Of a stretch of 64,000 nucleotides of DNA, positions 36,960-49,553 are shown piece by piece. The translations under genes were made by a program, and so were the position numbers. How positions within the stretch are numbered: position 1 is the stretch's first letter; each line of letters opens with the position of its first letter. The stretch is from positions 682,001 through 746,000 of the forward strand of contig NW_027590119.1 in assembly GCF_964213995.1 (NCBI RefSeq), in the 5' to 3' direction. Origin of the DNA: Mustelus asterias (lineage: Eukaryota). A model generated the notes under the pieces. That model did not search any database. It worked only from the letters and a program-made list of their open reading frames with translations, and was not told the DNA's origin.

Positions 36960-37014
36960 TTAATTTGGTCATTCCAGCATCTGAAAGTGGGAAGGGGGAG
37001 GAAGGTGAGCTGTT

Positions 37015-37210
37015 GCCTGCCTGCCTGCTGTCGTCTGGCCTGCCTGCCTGTCGTCTGGCCTGCCTGCCTGTAGTCTGGCCTGCCTGCCTGTCGTCTGGCC
37101 TGCCTGCCTGCCTGTTTTCTGGCCGGCCTGCCTGCCGTCTGGCCTGCCTGCCTGCCTGTTGTCTGGCCTGCCTGCCTGCCGTCTGGCCTACCTGTCTGCC
37201 GTCCGTCCAT
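37015..37210. repeat. (CCTG)n-based compound tandem repeat
   Basis: CCTGCCTGCCTG(T/C)CGTCTGG units of about 20 bp. Confidence 0.9.
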
Positions 37211-37239
37211 CCACTGGAGGGTGCTCTCTCCCTGGAGGG

Positions 37240-38090
37240 AGAGAGGACACGGAGTAACTTTCTTTCTTTTTTCTTTCCATCTATGGGAGGGAGGACTGCA
37301 CGTTTCAACATCTAGGGACTGAGTGGTTGGGCTGGTGCCCTCATCATCAGAAGGTCGGTGCCTGAAAGGGATGGGGGGGGGGGGGGTGAAGTAAATTCAG
37401 ACTGTTTTTTCCATCTGCAGTGGGGGGGCGGGGGGGGGGGGTGATGAAGACACCCCGGACTTGAACTGTTTGCACCCGAAAGGGCTGGAGGAGTAAAGTC
37501 CCCCACCCACTGCTGCTGCCCCCAACAACGGCACCCCCTCCCCTCTTTCCCCCTGACTGGGGCACCGGCCCCCCTCCGTGCCTTGTCCCTCGTGCTCCCT
37601 CCTGCTCCTCCAACCTCTTCTCTCCTCTCTCGCTCCGGGGAGAGAGCACCTAGACCCCCATCCACCTACCCTACCCTCCCTTATTTTTCCCTCTTATACG
37701 CCCTGCCGTGCATCTGGGCAGTCTCGGGGTGGGCATAGCACTCCCTTGATTACTATGGAGGCGTCGCCGGTGGCAGAGCCTTCTCGGCCCACCTTTGTGG
37801 GCGTGGCAGCTGCCAGAGCCCCCGCCGCTCCCAAGACCCTGCCACCTTTTTCGTTGCTCACACGGCAGCTCGGTGTAAAGTGCTATGCCCACCCCGACAT
37901 GTCCATCGAGGCCTGTGTTAAGACAATGGCTGGGGTTGTCGGCCCCTGAGCCATTGTCGCGGCCTCTAAGATGTACGGCCGGGCCGTATTCTTCTTGAAG
38001 GCTGAGCAGGCGGTCCACCTCGCCCTGGAGAGGGGGCTCACGGTGGGCGGGACGTTCCTGGCGGTGGACCCTTTGGAGGTGGTCCATGGT
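37240..38090 (+). mobile_element. Tx1-clade LINE 5' fragment (5'UTR plus ORF1 N-terminus, in-frame stop at 37947)
   Basis: From ATG 37755: LPPFSLLTRQLGVKC...SIEACVKTMAGVVGP*AIVAASKMYGRAVFFLK...ERGLTVGGTFLAVDPLE, matching Tx1 ORF1. Confidence 0.8.
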
Positions 38091-38132
38091 GGTCCATGTA
38101 TAAATTAGTGTTTTAAATAATTCGCATTAACT

Positions 38133-38204
38133 CCCCTGATGGTCTAGTGGTTAGGATTCGGCGCTCTCACCGCTGCGGCCCGGGTTTGATTCCCGGTCAG
38201 GGAA
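38133..38204 (+). tRNA. tRNA-Glu(CTC), variant, possibly non-functional
   Basis: CCCCTGATGGTCTAGTGGTTAGGATTCGGCGCTCTCACCGCTGCGGCCCGGGTTTGATTCCCGGTCAGGGAA; C56>T in the T-loop. Confidence 0.85.
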
Positions 38205-38974
38205 TGTCGATTTATTGCTCTACCCTGAACAACAATCCCGTGTTACTTCCGGGTCAGCACCAGTTCTATCGCAATTAGTATCAGTCTGAATTGGAAATGT
38301 CACATGTCAAGAATTTTTAAAAACCGATGGGCTGGAAAGCGCTGACGATAGAGATGGTGATGCGGGGTAGAATTTGGCTGATAATGGGGTGGATTTCATT
38401 GTTTCCACTGATACAAATATCGTGCAGATCTGGGTCCAAATCTCGGGCTCAGTGACAAGAAAACCTTTAACTGAATTAAACAGCAAACTTTCTGACCTCC
38501 AGTGAAATGGAGGCAGTTTTCACTCAGAAACCAGTAACGGTGAGATTAACAGCGCGGGATGGAGAAGGCCTCAGTTTCAATGGTGAGACTGCGGGTGGAA
38601 TGGCGAGCTGAAGTTCAACCAGAAATGCAGCAAAGTTTAAAAACAATCGCGCTCAACGTGGGGTTGGAACCCACGGTCCATTAACGGTGATAAATTCATG
38701 TTGTTCAGCAAAATTACCACAACATAATTGAATCACAGGTTGATACTAACACTGCCCTTTGAACGCAGCGAGCTGCAGTAAAATTGAATGCAGTGGAAAG
38801 GACGACACGGTGGGACAGTTGTTAGAACTGATGCCTCACAGCGCCAGTGATGAAGGTTCAATTTCTTGGGTTACTGTACATGCGGAGTTTTCGCGTTCTC
38901 CCCCTGTCTGTGTGGGCTTCCTCCTGGTGATCCGCTTTCCTTTTCAAAGATGTGTGGGTTAGGTTGATTGTCAT

Positions 38975-39380
38975 GATGTGGAGATGCCGGCGTTGGACTG
39001 GAGTAAACACAGTAAGGAGTTTAAACAGCACCAGGTTAAAGTCCAACAGGTTTATTTGGTAGCAAAAGCCACAAGATTTCGGAGCCTTAAGCTCCTTCTT
39101 CAGGTGAGTGGGAGTTCTGTTCACAAACAGGGCATATAAAGACACAAACTCAATTTACAGAATAATGGTTGGAATGCGAATACTTACAGCTAATCAAGTC
39201 TTAAAGGTACAAACAATGTGAGTGGAGAGAGCATTAAGACAGGTTAAAGAGATGTCCAGATAGGACAGCCAGTGAAATTCTGCAAGTCCAGGCAAGCTGT
39301 CGGGATTACAGATAGTGTGACATGAACCCAATATCCCGGTTGAGGCCGTCCTCATGCGTGCGGAACTTGGCTATCAGTAA
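38975..39380 (-). mobile_element. Penelope-like element 3' fragment (GIY-YIG C-terminus plus terminal repeat with hammerhead motif)
   Basis: LIAKFRTHEDGLNRDIGFMSHY; downstream CTGAAGAAGGAGCTTAAGGCTCCGAAA. Confidence 0.75.
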
Positions 39381-40140
39381 AGAGATTAAAAGGGAAGGTC
39401 TGTGATAGAGAGTATAACAGGATGGATTAACTGAAACAAGGAATGATGGACAAGGGCAACATTGGGTGGTTCTCATTATTTTTAAACTTTGCTGCTTTCC
39501 TGGGTGAACTCCAGCTCTCCATTCCTCCGGCAGCGTCACCAATCAAACTGAGTCTTTCTCTATCCCACTTTGTTAATCTCACAGTTACTGCTTTCTGAAT
39601 GAAGACTGCTTGGAATCAGTCTAAGTCAAATAGATTACTGCTAAATTCAGTGAGAAGTTTCTTGTCATTCAGCACGATATTTTTATCCAGAAATGAGTGA
39701 TATTTCTGTCAGTGCAAATGGTTAACTCTGACCCATTACCACCCAGATTTTACCTTGTATCAACATCTCCATCGTCAGCGCTTTGCAGGCTATCACTGTC
39801 TTTCACTATCAGTATTTGTTCTCGACCTGACCTGTTGCCCACATGACATTTCCAACTTGGAAGCAAAAATACAAATCTCACTCCACTGTTTCTGGCTGAG
39901 CTGCTTTCGAGCAGAAAGTATTGCAGGTTTGTTTATCAAAACATTTAAACCTTTATATATCGAAGCCAGTCTGCACCAGGATCTCATCTTCTTGATTCTC
40001 CCAAATACTTACGACAGGAATGTGCACAGTGCCAATTATCGACATTCATACACTCCTCCCTGTCTCTTAAGACATTAAATTGTTCATATTTTCACACTGG
40101 CTTCCAGTGTGACGAAAGCAGAGCTGCGATATGCTGATGT

Positions 40141-40648
40141 TAGAACATAGAACAGTACAGCACAGAACAGGTCCTTCGGCCCACGATGTTGTGCCGAGCT
40201 TTGTCTGAAACCCAGATCCAGCTATTTCCTCCCTATCATCCCAAAGTACTCCATGTGCCCATCCAATAGCTTCTTAAATGTTCCTAAAGTTTCTGACTCC
40301 ACTATCCCTGCAGGCAGTCTATTCCACACCCCAACCACTCTCTGAGTAAAAAACCTACCTCGGACATCCTTCCTATATCTCCCACCATGAACCCTATAGT
40401 TATGCCCCCTCGTTACCACTCCATTCACCCGAGGAAATAGTCTTTGAACGTTCACTCTATCTCTCCCCCTCATCATCTTATAAACCTCTATCAAGTCTCC
40501 TCTCAACCTCCTCCGCTCCAAAGAGAAAAGCCCAAGTTCCCTCAACCTTTCTTCATAAGACCTACCCTCCAAACCAGGCAGCATCCTGGTAAATCTCCTC
40601 TGCACTCTTTCCAGTGTCTCCACATCCTTCTTATAGTGAGGTGACCAT
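40141..40648 (-). mobile_element. 5'-truncated CR1 LINE
   Basis: ORF 40222-40623 LERVQRRFTRM...RRRLRGDLIEVYK plus tail. Confidence 0.9.
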
Positions 40649-40905
40649 GTTGTTCAGCATTTTGAACACAACAGGTTTATAAAAGTTCGATGCTAACATT
40701 GCTCTTTAAACGTGGTGAACTACAGTGAAATATCCTGCAGTTGAAGGTAGCCTACTCATTTTTGCAGGAGGAATCAGCAAGGGCAATGTAAATATGAATT
40801 GCTGTGGGTAATTGACGGAATTGTGCAATGGGACTGATATTTCGCCCTGCTGTTCAAATTGGCACAGGTACTGAGCGACCATTTTCAGATTGCTCCCGTG
40901 TGCTG

Positions 40906-40977
40906 GGTTCCGTGGTGTAATGGTGAGCACTCTGGGCTCTGAATCCAGCGGTCCGAGTTCAAATCTCGGCGGAACCT
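40906..40977 (+). tRNA. tRNA-Gln(CTG)
   Basis: GGTTCCGTGGTGTAATGGTGAGCACTCTGGGCTCTGAATCCAGCGGTCCGAGTTCAAATCTCGGCGGAACCT; intact A and B boxes and cloverleaf. Confidence 0.88.
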
Positions 40978-41307
40978 TGCTTCAATTTGCAGAATATGGA
41001 TATACTAAAGGGCGTTTAATTTTCTCACCAAGTCCAAATCGAGAGGACAATTTGTCAGCCACTTCAGCTGCTGTTACAATGCACATTGCTGAACCTCTGG
41101 CGCCAGATGCCTGCAACATCAGTGAATTTCATCTTTTCGCTACTCTTTAACTCCTCTGTTGGAAGATAGAAGCAGTTGGTGTCACACAATAGCAATTCGA
41201 TTGGAGCCTGGCAATTATTGAGCAAAATGTGTGTGTGTGCGTGTGAGTGCGTGAGAGAGAGAAAGAGAGTCGGTGCGTGTGTGTGTTCTGGAGAAAAGAC
41301 TGCTGTC

Positions 41308-42290
41308 GATTCCATGGTGTAATGGTTCGCACTCTGGCCTCTCGCCTCCGAATTCTGGTTTAAATTGGGATGAATGAGTGAATGAGTGACACATGTAGGT
41401 GGACCCCCTGCCCACTGTGGTGACTCTGCTTCTCAGCCCTTTGTGTTCTTGAGCAATCGTTCTCTGGAGCTGATGCAATGACGCCGGGAGAGTCATTCGC
41501 TGCATCGTCTGCAATGTGATTGCGGTGGAATTTGCTGAAATTTCCTCAGTGTTTAGTTTTCCACTTTCTGAGAATTAAAAATGAAATGCGCTTCAGCAAA
41601 CTCATCATCGTCTTTAGCAAATAAAAACAATCTTTCACCGAGTTCTGAACTCCGCTTACTACATTCGGAGTCCAGAGTGCCCACCGTCACACCACAGAAA
41701 CAGGAACAGAGCCACCTGATGCAAATGGTTACTCAAAGCATGTGACCTTTTTCATTCAATGTGGCAGCAACAGCAAGTGGGTCAAATGCTTTGAGTGACC
41801 ATTTGCAGCCGGCTGCTATGTTGTAGGTCCTCTGGTCTAATGGTGACTACTCTGAATCCAGCGAACCGAGTTTAAATTTAGGCGGACCCTTGCTCTTCTT
41901 TGCCATTGTTGAGGATTGATTTGTCGATGGATCTTTTATTTCAGTTCCTCATAAAGCAGGAATCGGGAGGACAATTTGTCAGCCAGTTCAACTTCCATTA
42001 CATTGCACAATGCTGAGCCTCTGGCGATAGGTGCCGACATCAGCAATGTTTTTTTCATCTTTCGCTACTCTTTAAATCATCTGCTGAAAGAAAGAAGCGG
42101 TTGGTGTCACACAACAGCAACCATTCGACTGGAGACTGGCAATTATTGAGCAAGTGTGTGTGTCTGTGTGTGTGTGTGTGTGTGTTTTGGGAGCAAGGTC
42201 TGGTGTCATAGGTCAGAGTGCTGTCGTTTCCTTGGTGTAACGCTGAGCAATCTGGCCTCTCGCCGTCCGACTTCTTGTTTCAATTGGGAC
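41308..42290. pseudogene. Four decayed tRNA-Gln-like sequences (about 41308 +, 41635-41701 -, 41826-41890 +, 42226 +)
   Basis: Partial matches to GGTTCCATGGTGTAATGG..GCACTCTGG and GAATCCAGCG..CCGAGTT, with deletions. Confidence 0.65.
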
Positions 42291-42917
42291 AGATGAGTGA
42301 GTGGATGACACCCGGAGGTGGACCCCCTGCAAAAGATATTTTGAATTAGTAACATCTTTTGGAATGATTGATCCTCATTTTGTTTCATTTTATGTCAAAT
42401 AGGGTGACACATTCTTGTATCTTATTTTTTAATACCTCAGCCCTTTAACTATTTAAACAGGGAACATTCAGTCCAAGAAAACTAATCCACATTGAACTAG
42501 AAAAAGAAACACTGAAGTTACTGAAAATCCCATTTCAAAACAGAAAATATTGGAAACACTCAGCAGGTCAAACGTCGTCTTTGGAGAGGGAAACAGAGTG
42601 AATGTTTCGGGTCGCTGACGTTATATCCAAAATGGAAGAAGTTAGAGATTCAATGGTTTACAAGCAACTACAGAGTGAAGGAAAAAAAGAGGACAAGAAC
42701 TATTTTTATGACCTGGTGACAGGATGTAAGGTTGGAGTGACTGAATGGCAATGGGGATGATTATTGTTTCCACTGACACAATCTCCCAGATCTTGGTTCC
42801 AATCTCGCGCAAAATGAGAAGAAAACTTCTAGCTGAATTAAGCACTAAACTCTTCGACTGCCAGGGAAGCAGAGATCGCTTTAGCTCATGAAAGTAGCAA
42901 CTGTGAAATTCATAGAG

Positions 42918-43166
42918 CGGCACGGTGGGACAGTGCTCAGCACTGCTGTCTTTCAGCGCCAGGGACCGGGGTTCGATTCTCGGCTTGGGTCACTATCTGT
43001 GTGTGGTTTGCACGTTCTCCCCGTGTCAGCGAGTGTTTCATCCCACAGTAGGAAAGATGTGCTGGTTAGGTGCATTGACCCGAAGAGGCGCTGGAGTCTG
43101 GCGACTAGGAGAATTTCACAGTAACTTCATTCATGCAAGCCTTCTTTGTGACCACTAAATAAACTT
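42918..43166 (+). mobile_element. V-SINE
   Basis: CGGCACGGTGGGACAGTG...GGGTTCGATTC...GCACGTTCTCCCCGTGTC...TTCACAGTAACTTCATT tail. Confidence 0.8.
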
Positions 43167-44452
43167 CAAAAGAAAACGGGATGGGAAAAGGTTCAGTTTG
43201 AGCGGCGACACTGCTGGAACTTAACCCAGTAAAAACAGAGCCCAACGTGGGACTCAAATGCACGACCCTGAGCTAGACGGACACATCTCAGAACTGGCAC
43301 TCCATATACTCAAATGCATGGAGACAAATATGGCTTTTCCATCTACTATCTCAGCTTATTCCAATTAGAAAGCTGGCGATTAATCAACCGACAGAATCTT
43401 TGAGGTTAGAATGCATTCCTCTCAATGATCGACAACTTCATTCGCATCTCGCACTTTTGAGGTGCATCTCCTTCCAAACATTGCAAACTCCTCTTACATC
43501 TTTCGCCTTAATATTTTTGATCTAAATACTCCAACCCGGTGGGGAAACAGCGTCTCAGTATGCCCGGAGGCAAACTATCGCCCCATTTTCAGACTTTTCC
43601 ATCTGACCACCTCTCAGCCCAAAATCATCCCACTGAGTCTCTCCTCCCCGCACAACCGCCTCATCACAGGATTAAATCCAGTGAACGTTGGTTAAACATA
43701 GACAGCGAGAGAATAGAGGGAGCAAAGAGCAAAACAGGGAACAGTGATCGATGCACAGACAGAGAGACTGAAAAGTGAGAGAGTCTGAGACAGGTCTCCA
43801 GCGACAAAAAGGGACAGACAGGGACAGAGAGTGAAGCATTCACCCACAACTCAATATACAGAAAACAACTGTCGGAACCCACAAGCATGGGGTCCTCTGA
43901 ATGGGTGAATAAGTATTAAATGAATGTGTGCAAGCATTGTCATCTATTGAAAATGTCTGGATCCTCTGTGAGTGTGTTGTACGAACAGAATTTGATTCGA
44001 TTTATTGTCACATGTATTAACATACAGTGAAAAGTATTGTTTCTTGCACGCTATACAGACAAAACATACAATTCATGCAGCAGGAAACGTGAGAGTGCAG
44101 AACGTAGTGTTAGTCATAGCCAGGGTGTAGATAAAGATCAACTTAATGCAAGGTAAGTCCATTCAAAAGTCTGACAGCAGCAGGGAAGAAGCTGTTTTTG
44201 AGTCGGTTGGTACGTGACCTCAGAATTTTTGTGTCTTTTCCGGATGGAAGAAGATGGAAGAGAGAATGTTGGGGTGCGTGGGGTCCTTAATTACGCTGGC
44301 TGCTTTGCCGAGACAGCGGGAAGTGTAGACAGAGACAATGGGAAGCCTTTCAGTGTGTTCTCAGGTTCTAAAATCATGTCCCATGTGAACCAATTCCACC
44401 ATGTCACGGGAAATAAACTAACAAAATCCACGACTTATCCATTACAAAGGAA

Positions 44453-44541
44453 GGGCTTGTCCGGGATTTAAACCAGGGACCTCTCGCAAGCCTGCGGATT
44501 TTAACACCTAAAGCGAGAATCATACCCATCGACCAACAGCC
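44453..44541 (-). pseudogene. Intron-containing tRNA-Pro-type gene, anticodon TAG (probably from TGG), likely pseudogene
   Basis: Reverse strand GGCTGTTGGTCGATGGGTATGATTCTCGCTT-TAG-G[TGTTAAAATCCGCAGGCT]TGCGAGAGGTCCCTGGTTTAAATCCCGGACAAGCCC. Confidence 0.8.
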
Positions 44542-46786
44542 CGCGACAAAAAAGCATGTCAACTAAATATATGTTCATTGCCATCTAACAGCGGATCAGA
44601 AATTTGCAATGAAATGTGATAATGTTGGAAAAACTCAGGAAGTCAGACAGCGTCTGTGCATAGGGAAACAAAAGATAAACTTTCACCTCCATGACCTTAT
44701 GGTCTTATAGAAATTGATAAATTCTTGATTTCTCGAGGAATTAAGGGCTATGGGGAGAGAGCGGGTAAATGGAGTTGAAATCAACCATGATTGAATGGTG
44801 GAGTGGACTCGATGGGCCGAATGGCCTTACTTCCGCTCCTATGTCTTATGGTCTTATGGTCTTATGGTCTTTCGTTAACATTGGGAATGTTTAGAAATGT
44901 AGGAATTTTAAAAGAAGTGAAATCCAGCAGGGAGGAAACATAACAACATCTGATATGGTGGAAGCCAGGGGGAAATAAATGAGGGAAACAGAGAATGACA
45001 GAATGATTACAGCACAGAATGAGACGATTACAAATTTACTTGCAAGACTCACATGCGTTGTGGGTGAAGGAGAACCAGAGGGCGTACTGTACATATATTT
45101 CAACAAAACCGTCGTGATGAGGTTGGTGGGCTTGAAAATTGAACGCTATACATAGGAACATAGGAATTGGGAGCAGGTGTCGGCAAATTCAGCCCTGTGG
45201 TCCTGCTCTGCCATTCAATCAGATCATGGTTGACCTCTCCTTGATCTGAAACCCACCTCCCCACCTATTCTCCATATCCCTTTAATGTGTTTTTCTTCAT
45301 CAGAAATATTTCTATCCCTTCTTGAAATCATTCAACGATTCAGATTCCAACGCGCTATGGAGCAGCGAGTTCCACCAATTCACCACCCTTTAAGAGAAGT
45401 AGTTTCTCCTCATCTCAGTTTTAAATCAACGGGCTCTCAAACTATACACGTGAGCTCTTGTCCTTGATTGCCCCATAAGAAGAAACTTTTGGTCTACCTT
45501 TTCTTTATCAATCCATTTAGAATGTTATATACCTCTATCAGATTCTCTCCTCATCCTTCTAAACTTTAGTATTTTGTGGGACCATTTCACCTCACTATCA
45601 ATTCCATGACCCAGCGAATTCAATCCGTGTTGTCATTGGCTGAAGGAGGCAATTATGTTCCATCCAAACAGGACATTTTGAAGAGGAAACGTGTCACAAG
45701 TGAAAAAGATCTGAGAGGAAAATAATGAGCAAAGGGACATGTATGAAATCAGTTTGAAAAACACAGTTCACCGGTTTCCATGGTAGTCCAGTGGCTCATG
45801 TTCAACACTCTCCTTGTGATGTCTGGTTTCAATTCCCGCTTTGGAAAAGAGGACTATTTGCTCTCAGTAAACCATTAATAATGATCTGATTTACTCTCTG
45901 ATCGAAAGCAGATCTATTAGAATCAGCCGAGTGAGGTTTGCAAGTTTATATCAGAGCTGGAAGTTTCACATGTGCAACAGTTCAAGAACAAACACAGAAA
46001 GAGAAGGACAGTGATAGGGTGCATAGTACGAACGATTGAGAAGTTGTTGCAAGGTCAAATCTGTCTGGTAATTGGTCAGATTTTACCGTTTACATTGACA
46101 CTGAATAATGAAACTTTTTTCCTCACTCTGCATTGAAAAGCATTTGGAAATATTTCTGTCCGGTTTCGAACCGTCGGAAGCGAAAGTGATAATTGCACTG
46201 GAGTGTTTGTTATATGTTGTCATTGGCTGAACACATCACTGGCGTTGAAACAGAGGGCGCCATTTTGCAGGAGAAAGCTGTTTGTGGTGAAAGTGGCGTG
46301 AAAATTAAAGTAACAAAAGCAGCGTGGATAAATTAAATTCTAAAACACGCTGTAAGCTGCTGGGCTGGTTGTTAGAGTTTGTCTCTGTCGCTGCTGTTTA
46401 GATCACTGGTCTGGAATTGAAGATTTATTGCTCTCATTCAAACTGTGAAAACTGTGAGTTATTGCCTCGATGAAGATATAAAACATAATCTCGCCTCGTG
46501 CCCTGAAGTGCAGACCCTGAGCAAATTCAACAGGAGGTTCCCTTGTCATTTCTGGCAGGAAATTGGGAAGAGACGAGCTGAAGGTCAGTTTAAATGATGC
46601 CGGCCCTTCACTGCAGCTCATTGTGTTTCTGACGTGGATGATTTCTGTTTGTTGCGCAGTTCAGGCTGACCTGATTCAGGGAAGGAGTGGGCTCATGTCG
46701 CTTGATGGCCTTTCCCACCTCCATTGCTTTTAATGAATTTGAGTAACATTATCATTAAATAACATGATTGCGACGCGTTCCAACGT

Positions 46787-46869
46787 GGTAGTGTGGCCGA
46801 GCGGTCTAAGGCGCTGGATTAAGGCTCCAGTCTCTAGGGGGGGCGTGGGTTCGAATCCCACCGCTGCCA
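46787..46869 (+). tRNA. tRNA-Leu(AAG)
   Basis: GGTAGTGTGGCCGAGCGGTCTAAGGCGCTGGATTAAGGCTCCAG...GTGGGTTCGAATCCCACCGCTGCCA; altered variable loop; TTTT just downstream. Confidence 0.93.
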
Positions 46870-48401
46870 TGAGTTTGAGTTTTGGTCCTTGCAGCTGCAG
46901 TCCAACAGCTCAGAATTAATCCCATGAGTGTGTGTGGTGCCGTTTTCGTCATGAACAACGAGCAGAGACATTAGCAACTTTAAAAAGTTGTTGGGGTAAA
47001 GCAGCGTGTGTGCAAGATGCACCTTTCGAGAGTACACACAGGCTGAATTTCTGACTGCCGAGTTAAACAACCTAATGAAGGAGCAGCGCTCCGATAGCTC
47101 GTAATTCCAAATAAGCCTGTTTGACTTCAGCTGGTGTTGTGAGAATTCTTGCTGTACCCACCCAGTCCAAAGCCGGCATCTCCACATCATGATATAAACA
47201 ACATGATTACAAATAGTGAGACTGTATTCCCGGCCCAGGAATTCAGGTGATGGATTTGAATTTTATAACTGAAGTTCAAATCCTGTCATGTATGCTTCAC
47301 ATCATTCTGACCAGATATTTACAGAATTAACCTGGCTCCTGTGATAATCACCGCACTATATAAACACGGAGATGGCCTCAGGGCAAACAGATCGGGTTTA
47401 CTGGAGAACAACAAGACTGGCTCCAGAAGCTCATCTTTTGCCCACAGCAATTGATATTACATTGCCTCTGCGTGTTCCTCCTGTCAAAATGAATAATGGT
47501 ACTTCCCACTGTATTAAAGTTTCGTAATAACATGTTCGAGAAAAAGTATTCACGACGTTTAAAGAAAATCAACTGAACACCAGAAATTTGTGGCATTTGA
47601 CCACTTTCCCCCCACAAATGCTATTGCCTCGAATTCAATGCCTCAGAACACTCACCAACGCTTTTAGCGGAAGTGATCGCTGTCAGATATGGTGCTGCAG
47701 GGGTTGGAATTAATGGAGTCGGATAGGCTCACATGTCCCATGGAGTCTGCTCCACAATTTAAGGAGATTATGACGAATCCCAGGACTCAACACCAATTTC
47801 CAACCCTATCATGATGGCCCTTCATTCCCTTAGGTTCCAAAAATATCTCCATCTGAAACTTCAATATCCTCATTAACTGAGGATCCACAGACCTCTGGCG
47901 AAGCGTCATCCAGACTCGAAACTTTGGCTCTTTTCTCTCTCCATAGATGCTGCCAGACCTACTGAGATGTTCCAGCATTTTCTGTTTTTGTTTCAGTTTC
48001 CAGCAGCCGCAGTATTTTGCTTTTCCCGCCACGATTTACATTCCGTTTGTTTCTTTTTCTATCACAACTTTGTCAACTCTTACCCACGGCTCCCACCCTC
48101 ACACCCCGCATCTCCCTTAAAGTATAAATCTCGCCCTCTTTTCCTGTCTTCAGCTTTGATGACTGGCCATACAGATTTGAAATGTTGGCTCTATTCTCTC
48201 TCCAGAGATGCCGTCATGCCTGTTGAGATTTTCAAGCATTTTAAGATTTTCTTTTAAGTTCCAGCATCTGCAGTAATTGGCTGTTGGCTGAAGGAGTCAT
48301 TCGTGTTCCATCAAAACATGAGTTTTTTTTCCCCAAACCTTTCTCGAGTATTGAAAAAACGCTGCAATGTACCAGTCAGATTAAAACGTTTGCTCGCATC
48401 T

Positions 48402-48473
48402 TCCCTGGTGGTCCAGTGGTTAGGATTTGGCGCTTTCACCACCGCGGCCCGGGTTCGATTCCCGGTCAGGGAA
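48402..48473 (+). tRNA. tRNA-Glu(TTC), anticodon-stem mismatch
   Basis: TCCCTGGTGGTCCAGTGGTTAGGATTTGGCGCTTTCACCACCGCGGCCCGGGTTCGATTCCCGGTCAGGGAA followed by an oligo-T terminator. Confidence 0.88.
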
Positions 48474-49480
48474 TGTAGATTTTATAGCTGCCGACCAGCA
48501 CATGATTGAGGAGGGGCTGAAATTACTTCCTGATCGATAACAGGAATGATCATTGTGCCAGTTTGAGCTCCCTGGAGAAACAAAATAATCCCATTTGCAC
48601 AATCCCGTCAATTGTCCCCGGCAATTTTTCATTACATTCCCCTTGCTGCTTCCTCCTGTCAAAATGAACAATAATGCATTCTGCTCCACTACATTTCACT
48701 GTAGCTCACCAGATTCAAAGATCATTCGTAACCTCTGCGTCTTCTGTAGCTTCTTGTGGTAAATCTGCTGAACAACATCAGAGATTTGTATCTCATTGAT
48801 CATCATTACTGTCTCCATTGCTTCATTCCAGGTCACTGTCGCTACAGACATCGTCACACAGTCATTCTACCTTCTGCAGCAAATGATATTCTCTTCCTTT
48901 GCTTTCAGATACTTTCCCCTCCAGAAACTGATTAGACGCTCAGTAAAATGTTCTGTTTAGTTGACAGTTTATCATCAATCCCGGGCCTTGGCAGTGAAAG
49001 GATTGACTCTGAACGACTTGACCACCCGGCCTCCGCCATCACCAGCTAAATGTTGCCTTATCCATCACTCCTTGTTTCATTGAATCATCCTCCCTTGCTT
49101 TATATCACAGAACACCCGTTTTGTTCTTTTCACAGGTTGATTCATGGCGTTACCATCAGAAAATGTTGGAAATACTCGGCAGGTCAGTTAATGTTTCGTG
49201 GCAAATGCGTGATTATTTCTGAAAGCTGAATTACTCTGAAATTGAAAACATTTGGAAATGTTTCTGTAAAGGTGAAATACTGCTGATGCTGGAACCTGAA
49301 ACACACAAAAAGATAGTTGAAAATCTCAGCAGGTCTGGCAGCATCTGTGAAGAGAGAACAGAGCCAATGTGTCGAATCAGGAAATCTGATGAAGGGCCAT
49401 CCAGATTTGAAACGTTTGTTTCCTCACAGAGGCTGTCAATCCTGCTGAGATTATCCAACATTTTCTATTCCCGTTTAATA

Positions 49481-49553
49481 AGCTTCTCCTCAGGATTGAA
49501 CCAGGAAATTTGCATGTGTACGGCGACCGTGATAAGTACCACACTACAGAAAC
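49481..49553 (-). pseudogene. Decayed tRNA-Val-like sequence
   Basis: Reverse strand GTTTCTGTAGTGTGGTACTTATCACGGTCGCC...CCTGGTTCAATCC. Confidence 0.6.

Noticed and set aside
43239-43272. GCCCAACGTGGG (also about 38651) as a retroviral tRNA-Lys primer-binding site
   Set aside because: It lacks the TGG complementary to CCA and an adjacent LTR; it is better read as a decayed tRNA-Lys 3' fragment.
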